DNA of 64,000 nucleotides from Rhina ancylostomus (taxonomy: Eukaryota), in assembly GCA_030265395.1 (NCBI GenBank), contig JARFYF010000050.1, forward strand, positions 17,667,051-17,731,050, given 5' to 3'. Below are positions 1-12,936 of the stretch, in pieces. The number at the start of each line of letters is the position of its first letter. Positions within the stretch are counted from its first letter, which is position 1. The position numbers and the translations under genes were made by a program. The notes under the pieces were generated by a model. It was not told where the DNA came from. It saw only the letters and a program-made list of their open reading frames with translations, and did not search any database.

Positions 1-630
1 GTACAGCATGCTTGCCTTTATTAGTCGAGGAACTGAGTTCAAGAGTCAGGAAGTTATGTTGCAGCTTTACGAAGCTCTAGTTAGGCGGCATCTGGAGTAT
101 TGCATTCAATTCTGGTCGCCCCATTACAAGAAGGATGTGGAAGCTTTGGAGAGGGTGCAGAAGATGTTTACCAGGATGCTGCCTGGATTAGAGAGCATGT
201 GCTATAAGGAGAGGTTGAACAAACTTGGGTTACCTTCTCTGGAGCGCCGGAGGCTGAGGAGAGATCTGATAGAGCTTTATAAGATTATGAGAGGCACAGA
301 TAGATTAGACAGCCATTATCTTTTCCTAGGGTTGAAATATCTCATACCAGATGGGTAAGTTCAGAAGAGATGGAGTGGGCAAGTTTTTTTTAAACACAGA
401 GAGTGGTGGGTGCCTGGAATGTGCTGCCAGAGTGGTGATGGAGGCAAATATGATAGAGGTTTCAAGAGGCTCTTAGATAAGCACATGAATATTTGGGAAA
501 TGGGAGGATGTGGACATTGTGTAGGCTGAAGGGATTAGTTGAGTTGGGCACTTGATTATTAACTTAATTAGCTTGGCACAACATCATGGGCCGAAGGACC
601 TGTTCCTGTGCTGTACTGTTCTGTGTTCCA
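1..630 (+). mobile_element. CR1 (HER1-like) LINE, 3' fragment with 3' tail
   Basis: ORF 8-358 reads YEALVRRHLEYCIQFWSPHYKKDVEALERVQKMFTRMLPGL...RRLRRDLIELYKIM, the CR1 RT C-terminus. It ends in the typical tail ggccgaaggacctgttcctgtgctgtactgttctgtgttc. Confidence 0.93.
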
Positions 631-639
631 TGATATAAA

Positions 640-1390
640 TTCTCTTGCATTTCTTGAGTCTTCTTTGTAAATCAGTTCTGCACCTTTTTTAGTGCCTCTA
701 CATTCTTTCTATCATAAAGTAACATGAACAATATGCATTGCTGTCAGTGTGGTCTATTGATGGTGGTTTGATATAACTTCCCTATTTTTCAGTTCTATCC
801 TTCTAGGAATAAACCTTAGAGCTTGTTTGCTTTTTTGCATGACCTTGCTGCACCAATCACAATTTTTAGTGATTGGTGTATTTATGCTCCAAGATCACTT
901 TGTACATCACCTGGACTTGCACCTTCCAAGTAATTGGTGACCTCCCTCCAATCCTACCAAAAAATTGCCAAATGTACATAAGTGCATACCACCTGCAGCC
1001 AATACAGACACATCTTCATCAGTGCTGATTGAGTTCCAGTTTCTCCGCTATTTGGTACTCAATCCATCAGTGTTTCCTTTTCTCCGTTCTTATAAAAATA
1101 TTGATGTAGTCTGAACCTCAATGCTTTCCTCCCACTATGCTTCTACCTCTGCTGTTTCTCAGATATTTTGGCCTGTTTTCAGTGTTGAGGCTGACAAGGA
1201 TACAAAGCCTGGATTTATCTATGTTAAGCTTCACTTGCCATTTATTAGCCCATTCTGCAAGTTTATTAATGCCCTCCTGTCATTTATCACAGTCCTTCTC
1301 AGGACTGACTAATCCCCAATCAGCCACAAATCTGGAAATTATGGTTTTGATTCTAGAGTCAAACCATCAATAGAAGTTCTGAGACATGCC
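640..1390 (-). mobile_element. Old, degraded CR1 fragment
   Basis: Patchy similarity to the younger minus-strand CR1 copies (aaatcagttctgcacc..., cagtgtggtcta, tgccatttattagcccattctgcaag, tcagccacaaatctggaaatt). Confidence 0.5.
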
Positions 1391-2965
1391 ATCTACCTGT
1401 GATATTGGCCTTCTGTCCCTTAAAAGTATAATACCCATCTCAACCATCCTTTTCATTGGCATGTCAGTAAAGTATTTTATGATATTCCTTTAAAAGATAT
1501 CATTGTTCTTCTTTGCTTTCTGAATTGTTTTTATTATCTTCTTTCCTAATCTTTTCATAATCTCCCTTATCATGCACTCTTCAGCTATCTGTGTATGTCT
1601 TTTTCCATAATATCAGTTGCCCCTTTATGTCTGCATTCATCCACAGAGTCTCAGGAATGATTATCTTCTTTCTTTTTAGCACAATATTTTTCCTGTGCAC
1701 TGTGGCATACTTGAAATGTTTCTTATTGCCATTCTATGTGGGCACATGTCAGTATTGTTACCCATTTTATATACATCAACTCAACCCTCAAAAGTCAGCT
1801 TTTCATTTAATCAATTAAACTGGTTTTCATCATTTTTAATGCCTTTTGTAATTTCCTAAAGCATATTATGTTATTGTCACTGTTCCCTTACTTTATAATT
1901 TTACTAATCTGTTCCGAACATAAAAAGTCTACTCAAGGTTGAAGAGTATGTGTGATTCACCTAGGTCTGTGATCACTGATGCTGAACTGAAGAATGAAGA
2001 TAGAATACAACCCCAAAGATTTGATAATAACACTGGCTTTATTTTGGGAATCTGGGCTATTTTTCTTTCTGTACCTGACAAATTTTAAGTTATATTCTGT
2101 TAATTCCAGTGGATGAAAGTTTGTGAACAAAAATAAATGGATCATTGAGAGTGATTTGCACCACCATTAGTTCTGTCAAAGTTATCAGAAAGCTTCACCA
2201 ATTCTCTGATACAAAACAGCTCTTAAACCAAGATTTTCTTCATATGTTTACTTCTACATAGCTTGTGCCACCAGAAACTTGTATTAAGATGGCCTGTTTG
2301 TCTGGCGTCTATGCCTATAAAGTTTTCTCCAAAGGAAATCAATCCAGCATTGAACCTTGAAATGCACTCCCTTCCAGACTTAGAGTAGCATACACTGGAG
2401 TCCCAACGGCATCAAATCTCATTGTTGCCTGGCAACATAAGTGAATGACTTTACATCTGGATTTATATTTGATATGTGATCTCAAAGAGGTATAGATAAA
2501 AGGAAACACTTCCGAGTATTTGTCTCCTGCAAAATAATGCAATAGTTGTTCTAATGGCATTGTTACCTGGAATAATACACAGGTGATACAATGGTCAGGA
2601 TTGGACACAAGAATGAGAAAAATATGTCAAACTCCTGCTTCCACTGTTATGAAACTTAACAATATTGAATAAACTAATGAATTGATCACATCTTCGGTCT
2701 CAGACAATGGGAATCTCAGCTTTTTCTGCCGAAACAAGCTTATTTTGAACTTTCCATGTCTATACAGCCTATTGGGTGGGTAAAGCAATGCAGTGGTAGA
2801 AAATAAACAGGATGTCATACTAAGAATGAAATAGAAATCTGAAGGCAAGAAAAGAATTTGTCTTGCATTCATATTCCTCTGAGTGTTTTTCATTTTCTGC
2901 TTTGCTGTAGACTATAGTGTTTAAATGTACAAAATAGATACCAACTTTGTTATTCCCCCACCTTG

Positions 2966-5708
2966 GAGTCATAGTCATACAGTATGGAAACAGGCCCTTC
3001 GGCCCAACTCGGTCCACACCGACTGTTTTGCCCAGCGAGCTCGTCCCGCCTGCCCGCATTTGGCCCAAAGCCCTCTAAACCATTCCTATCGATATACTTA
3101 TCTGGGTGGCTTTTAAATGCTGCCGATGTTCCTGCCTCAACCACTGTTTCTGGAAGTTCATTTCAAACATATGAAGAAGTTGCCCCTGATGACCCTTCTA
3201 AATCTCTTGCCTCTGATCATAAAACTACGCTTCTTGTTTTTAGCAGCCCCTACCTGATTAAAAGACTATGTGCTTTCACCCTTTCTATGCCCCTCATGAT
3301 CTTATACATCTCTATCAGGTCACACTGAATCTAATATGTCCCAGGGAATAAAGTCTTTGTCTACACAACCTGTCCTTGTAACTCAGGTCCCAAGTTGAGG
3401 CAACATCCTAGTAAATCTTTTCTGCACTCTTTATTGTTTAGTAACATGTATCCTGTAACAGGGTGACCAAAACTGTAAATAATACTGCAAGTGCAGCCTC
3501 TCCAGCGTCTTATATAACCGCTTATAACTTCCCGGCTCCTTGTCTCAGTGTCCTGACTGATGAAGGCCAGTGTGATTACGTCTTCTTCACCACTTTATCT
3601 ACCTGTGATGCTGCTTTCAGTGAACGATGCACTTGCACTCCAAGGTCACTCCCCAGGATGCAACTCCACACTTCATAACACTCCCCAGGGCCCTACCATT
3701 CACTGTATAAGTCCTACCCTGATTTGATCTCCCAAAATGCAATACCTCACAACTTATCTGGATTGAAAGCCATTTGCCAATCCTCAGCCCACATAGCTGG
3801 TAAAGATCCCCTATAATTTTTCATAACCTTCTACACTATCTACAACACTACCTATTTTAGTATCATCTGCAAATTTGCTAACCATGCCTTGCACATTCAG
3901 ATCCAAATCATTTAGATAAATTGAAAACAACAAATGTACTGACCCCTGTGGCACACCACTAGACACAGGCCTGCAGTCTGAGAAACAGCCCTGGGCCATC
4001 ACCCTCTGCTTCCTACCACTGAGCCAATTATGAACCCAATCTGTAATCTCCCCCTGTATCCCATGTGATTTAACCTTTCAAACTAGCCTGCCATGAGGGA
4101 CCTTGACAAAGGCCTTGCTAAAGTCCATATAGACAACATCCACTGCCCTACCCTCATCTAGCCTCTCGGTTACCTCCTCGAAGAACCCCAAGAGATTTGT
4201 CAGACACAACTTCCCACGCACAAAGCCATGCTGACTGTCCTGAATCAGACCCTGTCTCTCCAAATGTTGGTAGATCCTGTCCCACAGAATCCCTCCAGCA
4301 ATTTACCTACCACCGATGTCAGACTCACCAGCCTGTGGTTTCTTGACTTGTTTTTGCTATCCTTTTTAAACAATGATATTACATTAGCCACTCTCCAATC
4401 CTCCTGAACTTCACCTGTGGCCAGAGATGAAGCAAATATCCCTTCAAGGGCCTCTGCAATTTCTTCTCCAGATTCCCATAAGATCTGAGAACGCACTGGG
4501 TCAGGCTCTGGGGATTTATCCACCTTAATGCACTTTAGGGCCTCCAATACTCCTCCTTGTTAATTTGTATGTGGTCCAAGATATCACCGCTCATTTCCCT
4601 CATTTCCTTATTCTCCATTGTTTCCTCCATTATAAAAACTGAAGGGAAATATTCATTCAAAATCTCACCCATTTCCTTTGGTTCCACACACAGACGGCCA
4701 TGCTGATCTTTAAGGGGACCTATTCTCTCCCTAGCCACCGTTTTACTCTTAATATATCTACAGAATCTCTTGGGATTTTGCCTCACTTTGCCTGCCAGAT
4801 CCCTCTCATATCCTCTTTTTGCAATCCTAACTTCTCTCTCAAGTGCATTCCTACACTTCTTGTAGTCATCAAGAGGGTCACTAGTCCCCAATTATTTATG
4901 TGCAGTGTATGACCCCCTCATTTTCTTAATCAGGGCCTCAATATCTTTTGTCAGCTAGGCTCCCGAAACCTGTCAGCCCTGCCCTTCACCCCAACAGGAA
5001 CATACAGGCCCAGAATTCTTGACATCACACTTTTAAAGGCCTCACTTGGCAGATGCTTCTTTCTTTGCAAACAATCTCGTCCAATCAACCTCTGCAAGGT
5101 CCTACTTAATGGATCCAAAATTTGTTCTGCTAAATTTGGTAAATTGGTTTATTATTGTCACATGTACCGAGGTATAGTGAAAAACTTGCCTTGCATACCG
5201 TTCATACAGATCAATTCATTACAACAGTGCATTGAGATAGTACAAGGTAAAACAATAACAGAGCACAGAATAAAATGTGACAGTTACAGAAAAAGTGCAG
5301 TGCAGGTAGACAGTAAGGTGCCTGGTCATAATGAGGTAGATTGTGAAGTCAAGAGTCCATCTAATCATACAAGGGAACTATTCAATTGTCTTATAACAGC
5401 AGGATAGAATCTACCCCAGTTCAGGACCCTCACCTGTGAACTGGCTGTATCATTCTCCATAACTACTTTAAAACTAATAGAATTATGATTAGTGGACCCA
5501 AATTACTCACTGAACAGTCACTTCTGCCACTTGCCCTATCTCATTCCCCAGGAGGAGGTCCAGCGTCACACCCTCTCTATAGGTCCCTCAATATATTGAT
5601 GAAGGAAGCTTTCTTGGACACATTTCACAAATTCCACTATGTCCAAGCCATTGACACTATGGTTGACCTAGTCAATATTAGTGAAGTTAAAAACTCCCAC
5701 TAATACTA
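2966..5708 (-). mobile_element. CR1 LINE, about 2.4 kb, 5'-truncated and frameshifted, interrupted by a Rex1-type insert
   Basis: Minus-strand ORFs carry SGVPQGSV..YLNDLD..SKFADDTKI, SQHGFVRGKLCLTNLL..DVVYMDFSKAF and EDWRVANVISLFKK..NHRLVSLTSVVGKLLE. The 3' tail gagtcatagtcatacagtatggaaacaggcccttcggccc is at 2966. Confidence 0.93.
5131..5409 (-). mobile_element. Rex1/Babar-like LINE 3' end nested in CR1
   Basis: The reverse complement matches the element at 48836-49205 and the tail at 35721 (caagtttttcact..ggtacatgtgacaataataaaccaat). Confidence 0.75.
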
Positions 5709-5710
5709 CA

Positions 5711-5940
5711 TGGTAGCGTAGTGGTTAGCACGATGCTATTACGGCACCAGCGACCGGGGTTCAATTCCTGCCGTAAGGAGTTTGTACGTTCTCCCATGTC
5801 TGCATGAGTTTCCTCCGGGTGCTCCGGTTTCCTCCCACATTCCAAGAACGTACGGGTAGGTTAATTTGGGGGTTTAAAATGGGCGGTGTGGACTCGTTGG
5901 GACGGAAGGGCCTGTTACCATGCTGTAAATAAAATTAAAA
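5711..5940 (+). mobile_element. tRNA-derived V-SINE (HE1-like) with CR1-type tail
   Basis: A box (tagcgtagtgg), B box (ggttcaattcc), V-domain tttcctccgggtgctccggtttcctcccacattcca, tail gaagggcctgttaccatgctgta, then A-rich sequence. Confidence 0.88.
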
Positions 5941-8099
5941 ACAAAATTAAAACAAATTCTTTTTAAAATGTTAACTGAAACATCTAAATGCACTTACAAT
6001 TGATAACGTTAAACAAAAAAAAGATAACCTCCCCATTTGCCTCCTAATCAGTAGCCCTCCAATCCCTGTTGATTTTAATGGGATTTCAAATCTTGGGCCA
6101 GGACAGACTTTGTACAGGATCCAACAGGAGATTTCCGAGTGTACTGCTGGTGAACCTCAGTAATACTGTGCTTTGAGATGGGCTCTGATGACGGAGAAAA
6201 CCGATGGATTCAGTACTCCAAATCTGTCAGGAAGTCCAGGACTTCCACCTTTTGAGAGTGACTCAAGCAAGAGTTTGTTCAGCAAGTGCATTTGAATTCA
6301 GCGCAGAGCTTTGTTATTTTTATTTTTCACTCCATATTTTCTTTTTCATAAAAGAAATTGACAAGAAAAACCTTTTGGTATGTGCTTTATTTACCTTTGC
6401 CAACCTTAGTAGTTAAATAATTTTAAGGCTCCAAATGTTTTGTTGCTTAGTGTTCTAGATACTTTAACTAGAACATTAAGATGTAAGAGCTGTCACTACT
6501 TCTGGTGAAAATTTGCTCTTTAGCAGCACAGTGTGAGTAACGCATGTACACCATGCAAAATATGAATATCACTGGAAGTTCATTCTCTCATCTCCAGATC
6601 TGAAATCCATACTGTAAATTGGACATTGCATTCAAATGAACACACATTGTATTGATTAAATGATGGACAGCTTGCCAGATGTTGGTGAAATGAATGTGCA
6701 CATCAATTGATCATGTCAAATTAATATCCCTGTTCATCTTCCAGCATTTGATGGAAAGTTCATATGACATTGTGTTAAAATTACTTTTAAGTGTTTAACA
6801 CCCAAGAGGAAGTTTTGATGCAAGGTAGCTAAAGATAAGGTTTTAGTTGCGTACAGATTTCCTCACCAATGCCTGTCCACAATTTCTCAATGCTAGTCAC
6901 CTGTGCTGTTTATAAACAAGTATATTCGTCAACATCTTTGTGTATCTTTCTTTATCTGGTGTGATGAGGTACTTTTCTGTAACTAATTGTATTGGTCATC
7001 CACAAATCCAATTATAATCTGGCAGTAGTTTAAAAAAAGTATATTAATAGTGTAATAATAAAAAGATGAGGTGATGTGCCATATTATTTCAGTTAATATA
7101 CTTACGGAAAAGGTCACTGGAAAACTAAAAAAGAATTAGTAAAATTGATAAAGTATTCACAAGCGTAGTGAGGCATTCTACCTGTGTTCACAGAATTAAG
7201 GAGGTGGTGGTAATCCAGCCATTTGGGACTTGGGGAGGCTTCTTTTTACTTGCCTATATGGCTCACATAATCGTAACAATCCCACTTTGTGCTAATTGAC
7301 AGATGGCTTTACCTAGCCACCACCAGCAGAGGCTACAGTATTGATTGCAGCAGTGAGATGATTGTCAGATGTGTCACAATTTTATGAGCCAATGGGCCAT
7401 TTGGGTTATTTTCAGTGATGAGCCAGCTGTTTTAAAAGTGTTATTTGAACTGGGCACAGAATTCAAATTGGATTCTTCTGTTTGAAATTTATTGAAAGCC
7501 AGTAGAAACTGCAGAAGTGTCAAAAAATGTTCTGCATGAACAGAAAGGTAAAAAACATTTATATTTTTTGTTGCATTGTTAAAAAGTGTTTTTTTCCGTG
7601 GAAACAATTATAATTACAACATATCTTACAATTCTTCTGCTGTTGTACATTGAAGTCTGCAGATTGTATTAAATCTGTTGCCCGTGTGAACATTAAATGA
7701 ACAGTCAATTTTCATTTTCCTTGGCTATTTAAATCTTTGTTTAACTCCATGTTATTGGATATTCTCTAGTTATCTTGTTCACAAAAAACCTTTTATTAGC
7801 TGAGTTCAGTTATTTCACCAAGTTGCACTTTTCTCAGCAATTCTACTAATTACGTTCCAGCAAAGATAGTTCACGTTATAATTGGCATGAAAATTGCACA
7901 AATTCCTCCAATTACACGCCTTGAGTACAAAATTCATGCAGAACAAGATTAGAAATTTTGCCATGAATCCATAATTACCATCCTCAGAGTAACATCTAGG
8001 CTAATCAGTCAGCTACTTTGTTGCTTCCCTCCTTCCATTTGCCCACTCAGGAAATCCTTGAGACCAGCCCGAGCTTGCATCTTTGCCTATTTCCTTAAT

Positions 8100-8490
8100 A
8101 TCCTTCCATGTTTATCTTATCTATGAGATCTAGCTCACTCATCCTTCTTTCCACTGAACTACTTTCTTACCTGCCTCCAGTGTTAGCTGAATCTCCCTCC
8201 TCGGCTACTCTGTCCCCAACTCTCCTCCAAATCTAAGGTACCACCTCCAATCTGCAAACCAATGCCCCACCTCCAACCTCTCTCTGTGCTCCAAAGACAT
8301 TGATTGTGCTGTCACTTTCTAATTCCATGCTTAGTTTTTTCAGGAATCCCACATTTGAATCCTTTCAATAATACGGCTCTCCAATATCACTATTACAAAA
8401 TACCTGTTACTAAAGTCACAGTAAATGAACTGTGTGTGTATGACAAAGGCAACCCATTCCTCCTCATCCATCACAGTCTTGTTACTTCCA
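8100..8490 (+). mobile_element. Old L2 LINE RT fragment
   Basis: ctgcaaaccaatgccccacctccaacctc resembles ANYRPISNL. VTKVTVNELCVYDKGNPFLLI resembles the L2 motif LIKVTNDILxxxDxGxxSLLILLD. Confidence 0.55.
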
Positions 8491-8494
8491 TCTA

Positions 8495-9257
8495 GCTCAT
8501 GATGATCTTCATGCCCCCAGGGAGCCATGCTCTTTGGCACCTGGCCAGACCGATCCAACGTCCCCTTCACCGCCAGGCCTAACTATCTGAAGGTGCTGGG
8601 GATCTGATTCGGAGGTGCTGGGGCATGCAACAAAATTGGTGGGAGTGGATTGGGAAGGTGAAACAGAAAATGGGACTGTGGGAACAGCGCTCCCTATTGA
8701 TAACCGGGACAAACTTGGTCATCAGATGTGAGGTGCTCTCAGGGCTGCTGTACTTGGCATAGGAGTGGCCTGTTCCTCGCTCCTCCAGCTTGGAAATCAC
8801 CCGTGCCGCCTTCCGGTTCATCTGGGATCCAAGATGGAGTGGGTCCGATGGGTCACCATGCACAATTCCCTGGGCAATGGGGTAAAGGTGTCCCTAGTGT
8901 TGCCCTCATCCTGATGACCACCTTCGTCTGTGGCTGCATCAGACTGTGCGTGGAACCTAAGTACGAGGGCACCAAATGTCACTACGTACCGAGATTCTAC
9001 CTGTCCCTGTTGTTGCAAAGGATAGCCCTGGCCCCGTGGCCACACAGTGTCCCAGTCGGCTGGACGTGGCCGCACTACCTGTCCTTCATGGTGAAGTTCT
9101 TCCAGACCAACACCTTTGACCACAAGTCCAACAGGCAGTGGTCAGCATGGAACATTCTGCAGACACCACAGAAGAAGGACTCGATGGATACTGTGGGGTA
9201 GTTCCCTGAGCAGACTGTCCAGACCATCTGGCAGAATGCCTCATCACCAGAACTCAC
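8495..9257 (+). mobile_element. Tx1 (L1-clade) non-LTR retrotransposon ORF2 fragment
   Basis: GC-richer block encoding NYLKVLGI, KMGLWEQRSLLITGTNLVIRCEVLSGLLYLA and GKGVPSVALILMTTFVCGCIRLCVEPKY..WQNASSPEL, which are Tx1 post-RT motifs. It has stops and frameshifts and runs into a gap. Confidence 0.78.
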
Positions 9258-9357
9258 NNNNNNNNNNNNNNNNNNNNNNNNNNNNNNNNNNNNNNNNNNN
9301 NNNNNNNNNNNNNNNNNNNNNNNNNNNNNNNNNNNNNNNNNNNNNNNNNNNNNNNNN

Positions 9358-9562
9358 GCCTTCTACATTCACATCCAAATCATTTATATAAATTTCAAAC
9401 AATAAAGGTCCCAGCACTGACCTTTGTGGCACACCACCAGACACAGGCCTCCAGTCCAAGAAACAACTCTCAACCATTACCCTGTGCTTCCTACCACTGA
9501 GCCAAATATAAATCCAATCCGCTATCTCCCCCTGGATCTCATGCGACCTTCTAATATCCTGG
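9358..9562 (-). mobile_element. CR1 RT fragment
   Basis: ORF 9244-9477 reads [27 protein letters not shown]. Confidence 0.9.
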
Positions 9563-11308
9563 ATGTTGTCTCAATGAGTCTTCCCTTCCCGTGTGCACAG
9601 TATTGTTGGACAGAGCAGAAAACTTAAATTTATTCTAATTTCTGCTGATAGGATGTAACCATAAATGTTTTTAAAGTTCAGACCTTGGATTTTGTTTATC
9701 ATGTTCTTCTTGTAAACATCCACCTTTGTCTACCTTAGCCATGGCTGAAAGTTAGATCTGTATATAATTGTGATTTTGTTCGCCCCACGGTTGCAGTCAT
9801 CAGTTGATTCTGTTAACATAATGTTTGAATCATTTGAAAGCTTGTAAATCAACTAGTTCTCAGCCTTGTTCTATTATGATAAGTTTGAACCTTCTAGTCT
9901 ATTAATAAGTAAAGTACCATACCATCATTTAAACTAATTAGCTAGAGTCAATAAAGACGACGCAGCCAGAGAAGGCAATTAAATATTTGGTTATCATTTT
10001 GTATTTTAAAGCTTAAATAATGTTTTAGAGTTTTAAAATGTACCAAACATTTATAATACCTCTGCTGTCATTAAAAAAACTCAATTTGAGTGTTTGAGGT
10101 TTTATAGCTCTGTTCGCATTTTAAAGGCACACTTGCCTTACACACACCCCTATTAAAAATCAAATACTAATTATTACTCAGTAACTTCTTAAATTGGCAC
10201 TTTTTATTTTGCAGAGGGATGGGGTGGAGGTGATGTATCGGCTTGTTGAAGCTATTAGGCAGCTTTACTGAGTTTTCCAGTTTGAATATGTATTCTTCCT
10301 TCCTTTCATAATCATCGTTTGGATAGCTGCTATGCTTAGAAGTGCTTTTCACTTATATTTTTACCACCTGAGGAAAAATATGAATTGCAGTGTGAAAGAC
10401 CTTTTTCTGTCCAAAGCTGGATGGTCACCTGTGCCCTGGACTGTGCCATTACTTTTGGCAGCATCCTGGGTGCACATGGGAGATGAGGCCACACTGACAA
10501 CGATAAGGGTGACGTGGGACCTCTCCCAGCACAGGTGATCAGGTGCACCCCCAGAATGGCCTGAGTATCCAGGGAGTACCCTGCACACATCTTTCCAAGG
10601 TGCATCAGCCATCAAATAATGCATTTTATTTTGAATGTTTATGGATGTCCAACCCCCTTCCCTGAAATTCTGTCACTTTCTCAGGACCAATTTAAAGCAT
10701 AGAATTTTCCAGACCTATTTTCCCTCTTTCATCATTTCTCTCATCTCTCACTTTTATTCCCGTTGATATTAACTTCCTGCAGTTCCATCAACAACTCAAC
10801 CCAAATAAGCATTATTTATATTTGAAGCTTGACAGTAGCTGTCAGCAGCCTATTTATCTTTGAGATGGGAATCAATTACAAGCACCGGCTGGTGTTTGAG
10901 AGGCAAGCAATTTTTTTCCCTTCCTGGCCAGTGTCCTGAGGTCATTCGCAGTGCCTCTGATGTTGCCATTTTTGAATAAGCGAGGGATTGAATATAGTGC
11001 CTTCCTGGTCTGAAGCATACTTTATTACTCAATAAGCAGGTACATTGAAACAAAGTCAGTCAGGTGTAGCAGAAAACATTAATGGAAGCAGCAGCATACC
11101 GTGAAACTGTAACTCAAGTGTGGCATCCGATTCTTGAAGGATTGAGGGATAGTTAATATTCTGCTTTTCAATCCCGTCTTACATGCTGCAGGCTCTTCAA
11201 AGGGACCCACATAGGATATCTTTGGAGTTAACCACTTTTCATTCTGAACCCTCTTTTCTGCAGAATGAAAGAATCACATGAACCGAATTAACTGTATTAC
11301 ATATTGTA

Positions 11309-11497
11309 GAACAGCTTCTTCCCCTCCACCAACAGATTTCTGAATGGTCCATGAACACTACTTTGTTATTTTTTTGCACTATTTATTTATTCTGTAATTC
11401 ATGGTAATTTCCTGTCTTTGCACTGTACTGCTGCCACAAAACAACAAATTTCACGACATATAAGTCAGTGATAATAAACCTGATCTGATTCTGATTA
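11309..11497 (+). mobile_element. Rex1/Babar-like LINE 3' end (second subfamily)
   Basis: aacagcttcttcccctccaccaacagatttctgaat encodes NSFFPSTNRFLN, followed by aataaa and a (ctgatt)n tail. Confidence 0.65.
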
Positions 11498-12936
11498 TGA
11501 CACGTGCTTTGCCGATGCANNNNNNNNNNNNNNNNNNNNNNNNNNNNNNNNNNNNNNNNNNNNNNNNNNNNNNNNNNNGCAGGATTAACAAGAGGCCGCC
11601 ACTTACATTTGTGGTGAACCCTGATGAACTTCTGTTCGTGAGAAATCTCTGTTGTTGCCAGTTCATTATTTTCAGAGAGCAGGGTGCCACTTGAGCAAAG
11701 TCAGCTAATGCCATTCAACTCCCACTGAGATGAGTGATGACTCCTGCCACAGTGCCAGTCACACATGCTACTGCTGGTGTTTTGTCAAAACTGAGCCTGC
11801 TGATATGTTTGAGTGCAGAATATTCAATATCCACAAGCTTACACATCAGCTAGAACTGTGGGGAAAGTGAATTTTAATCACTATTATTTGCAGTATTATT
11901 ACAGAAAGAACACTAACTGGAGATGGTGCCATTGTGGTGATAGGTAGTGCAGCTGTGGAACTCAGTAGGGTGACAGACTGAAGAGCACATCGCTGTTCTT
12001 TGTTCACTTCATTTATCAGATTTGGAAATGCAAATGTGTAGATTGGACTTTTCCACAGTGCCCAGGGCACCTTCCACTATCATCTACAAGGAGATGAACA
12101 GTTCCTCAATACAGTCTTTCTGAAATAACATTGACATTTCAAAGCAAGTCTTCAAAGGGTTATATCTTTATAAAGGTGCATCAAATGCTAAGCCTCTGTT
12201 ATAGTTGAACTAATCCTTCTAAGCACCAAACTGTCAATGAATCACCAATGCTCAGCCCCCATTCCATGCTTACACCTAAACACCATCTATTAATCTGAGA
12301 GACAGTGAGGCTTGTAGGCTGTACTCTTGAATCATTCTCTGCAGACGAGAGAATATAATAAGTGGCATCAGTTCATTGCCGTCCTCCATCTTCTGTAACT
12401 TCTAAATCTTCCACACTTCCTCTCCTGAATAGATTTGCATTCACTTCGTATTAGATCACAGGACCAAAATATAAAAGTTAAACACCTATTCCCCCTTTCC
12501 CTCATTTGTCAAATTCAGCTTTAAATGTCAGAACAGCAGGCATTGGAAAATAATGGGAATTTTAACGGGGATAAGTAAATGAGTTTGGGACCAGGTGGGA
12601 ATGAAATCAGGGAAAACTGTATGTCCATTGAGAAGTTGCTTTCAACATGAAAACTTCTGGGTTTTATTGAAGCAGGCTGCCAGACAGCACTTGGAGTTTG
12701 GTTGGCATTTCAAATATGTGAATGAGGCCATAAATGTGTGAATTTAATCTACTTTGTAATATTTAGTATGAGCACTAGGTTATCTGAGATTCGGAAAACC
12801 CAACATCTGTCGCAAGATGAGGGCACATTTGGTGGAAGGTAAAATCTAGAATTTCCTTTGTAAAATTCTACAAAGACCCAATTCTTAACTGGGAGTTGAG
12901 CAATATCTTGCACAATTCCGGGTGTCTTTGTTCCTA

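Noticed and set aside
5711-5775. tRNA-like A/B boxes (also 37057 and 44717)
   Set aside because: They continue into V-domain SINE bodies, so they are SINE heads rather than tRNA genes.
10400-10620. GC-rich island with DVCRVLPGYSGHSGGA on the minus strand, faintly Harbinger-like
   Set aside because: The motifs are too short and ambiguous to assign.
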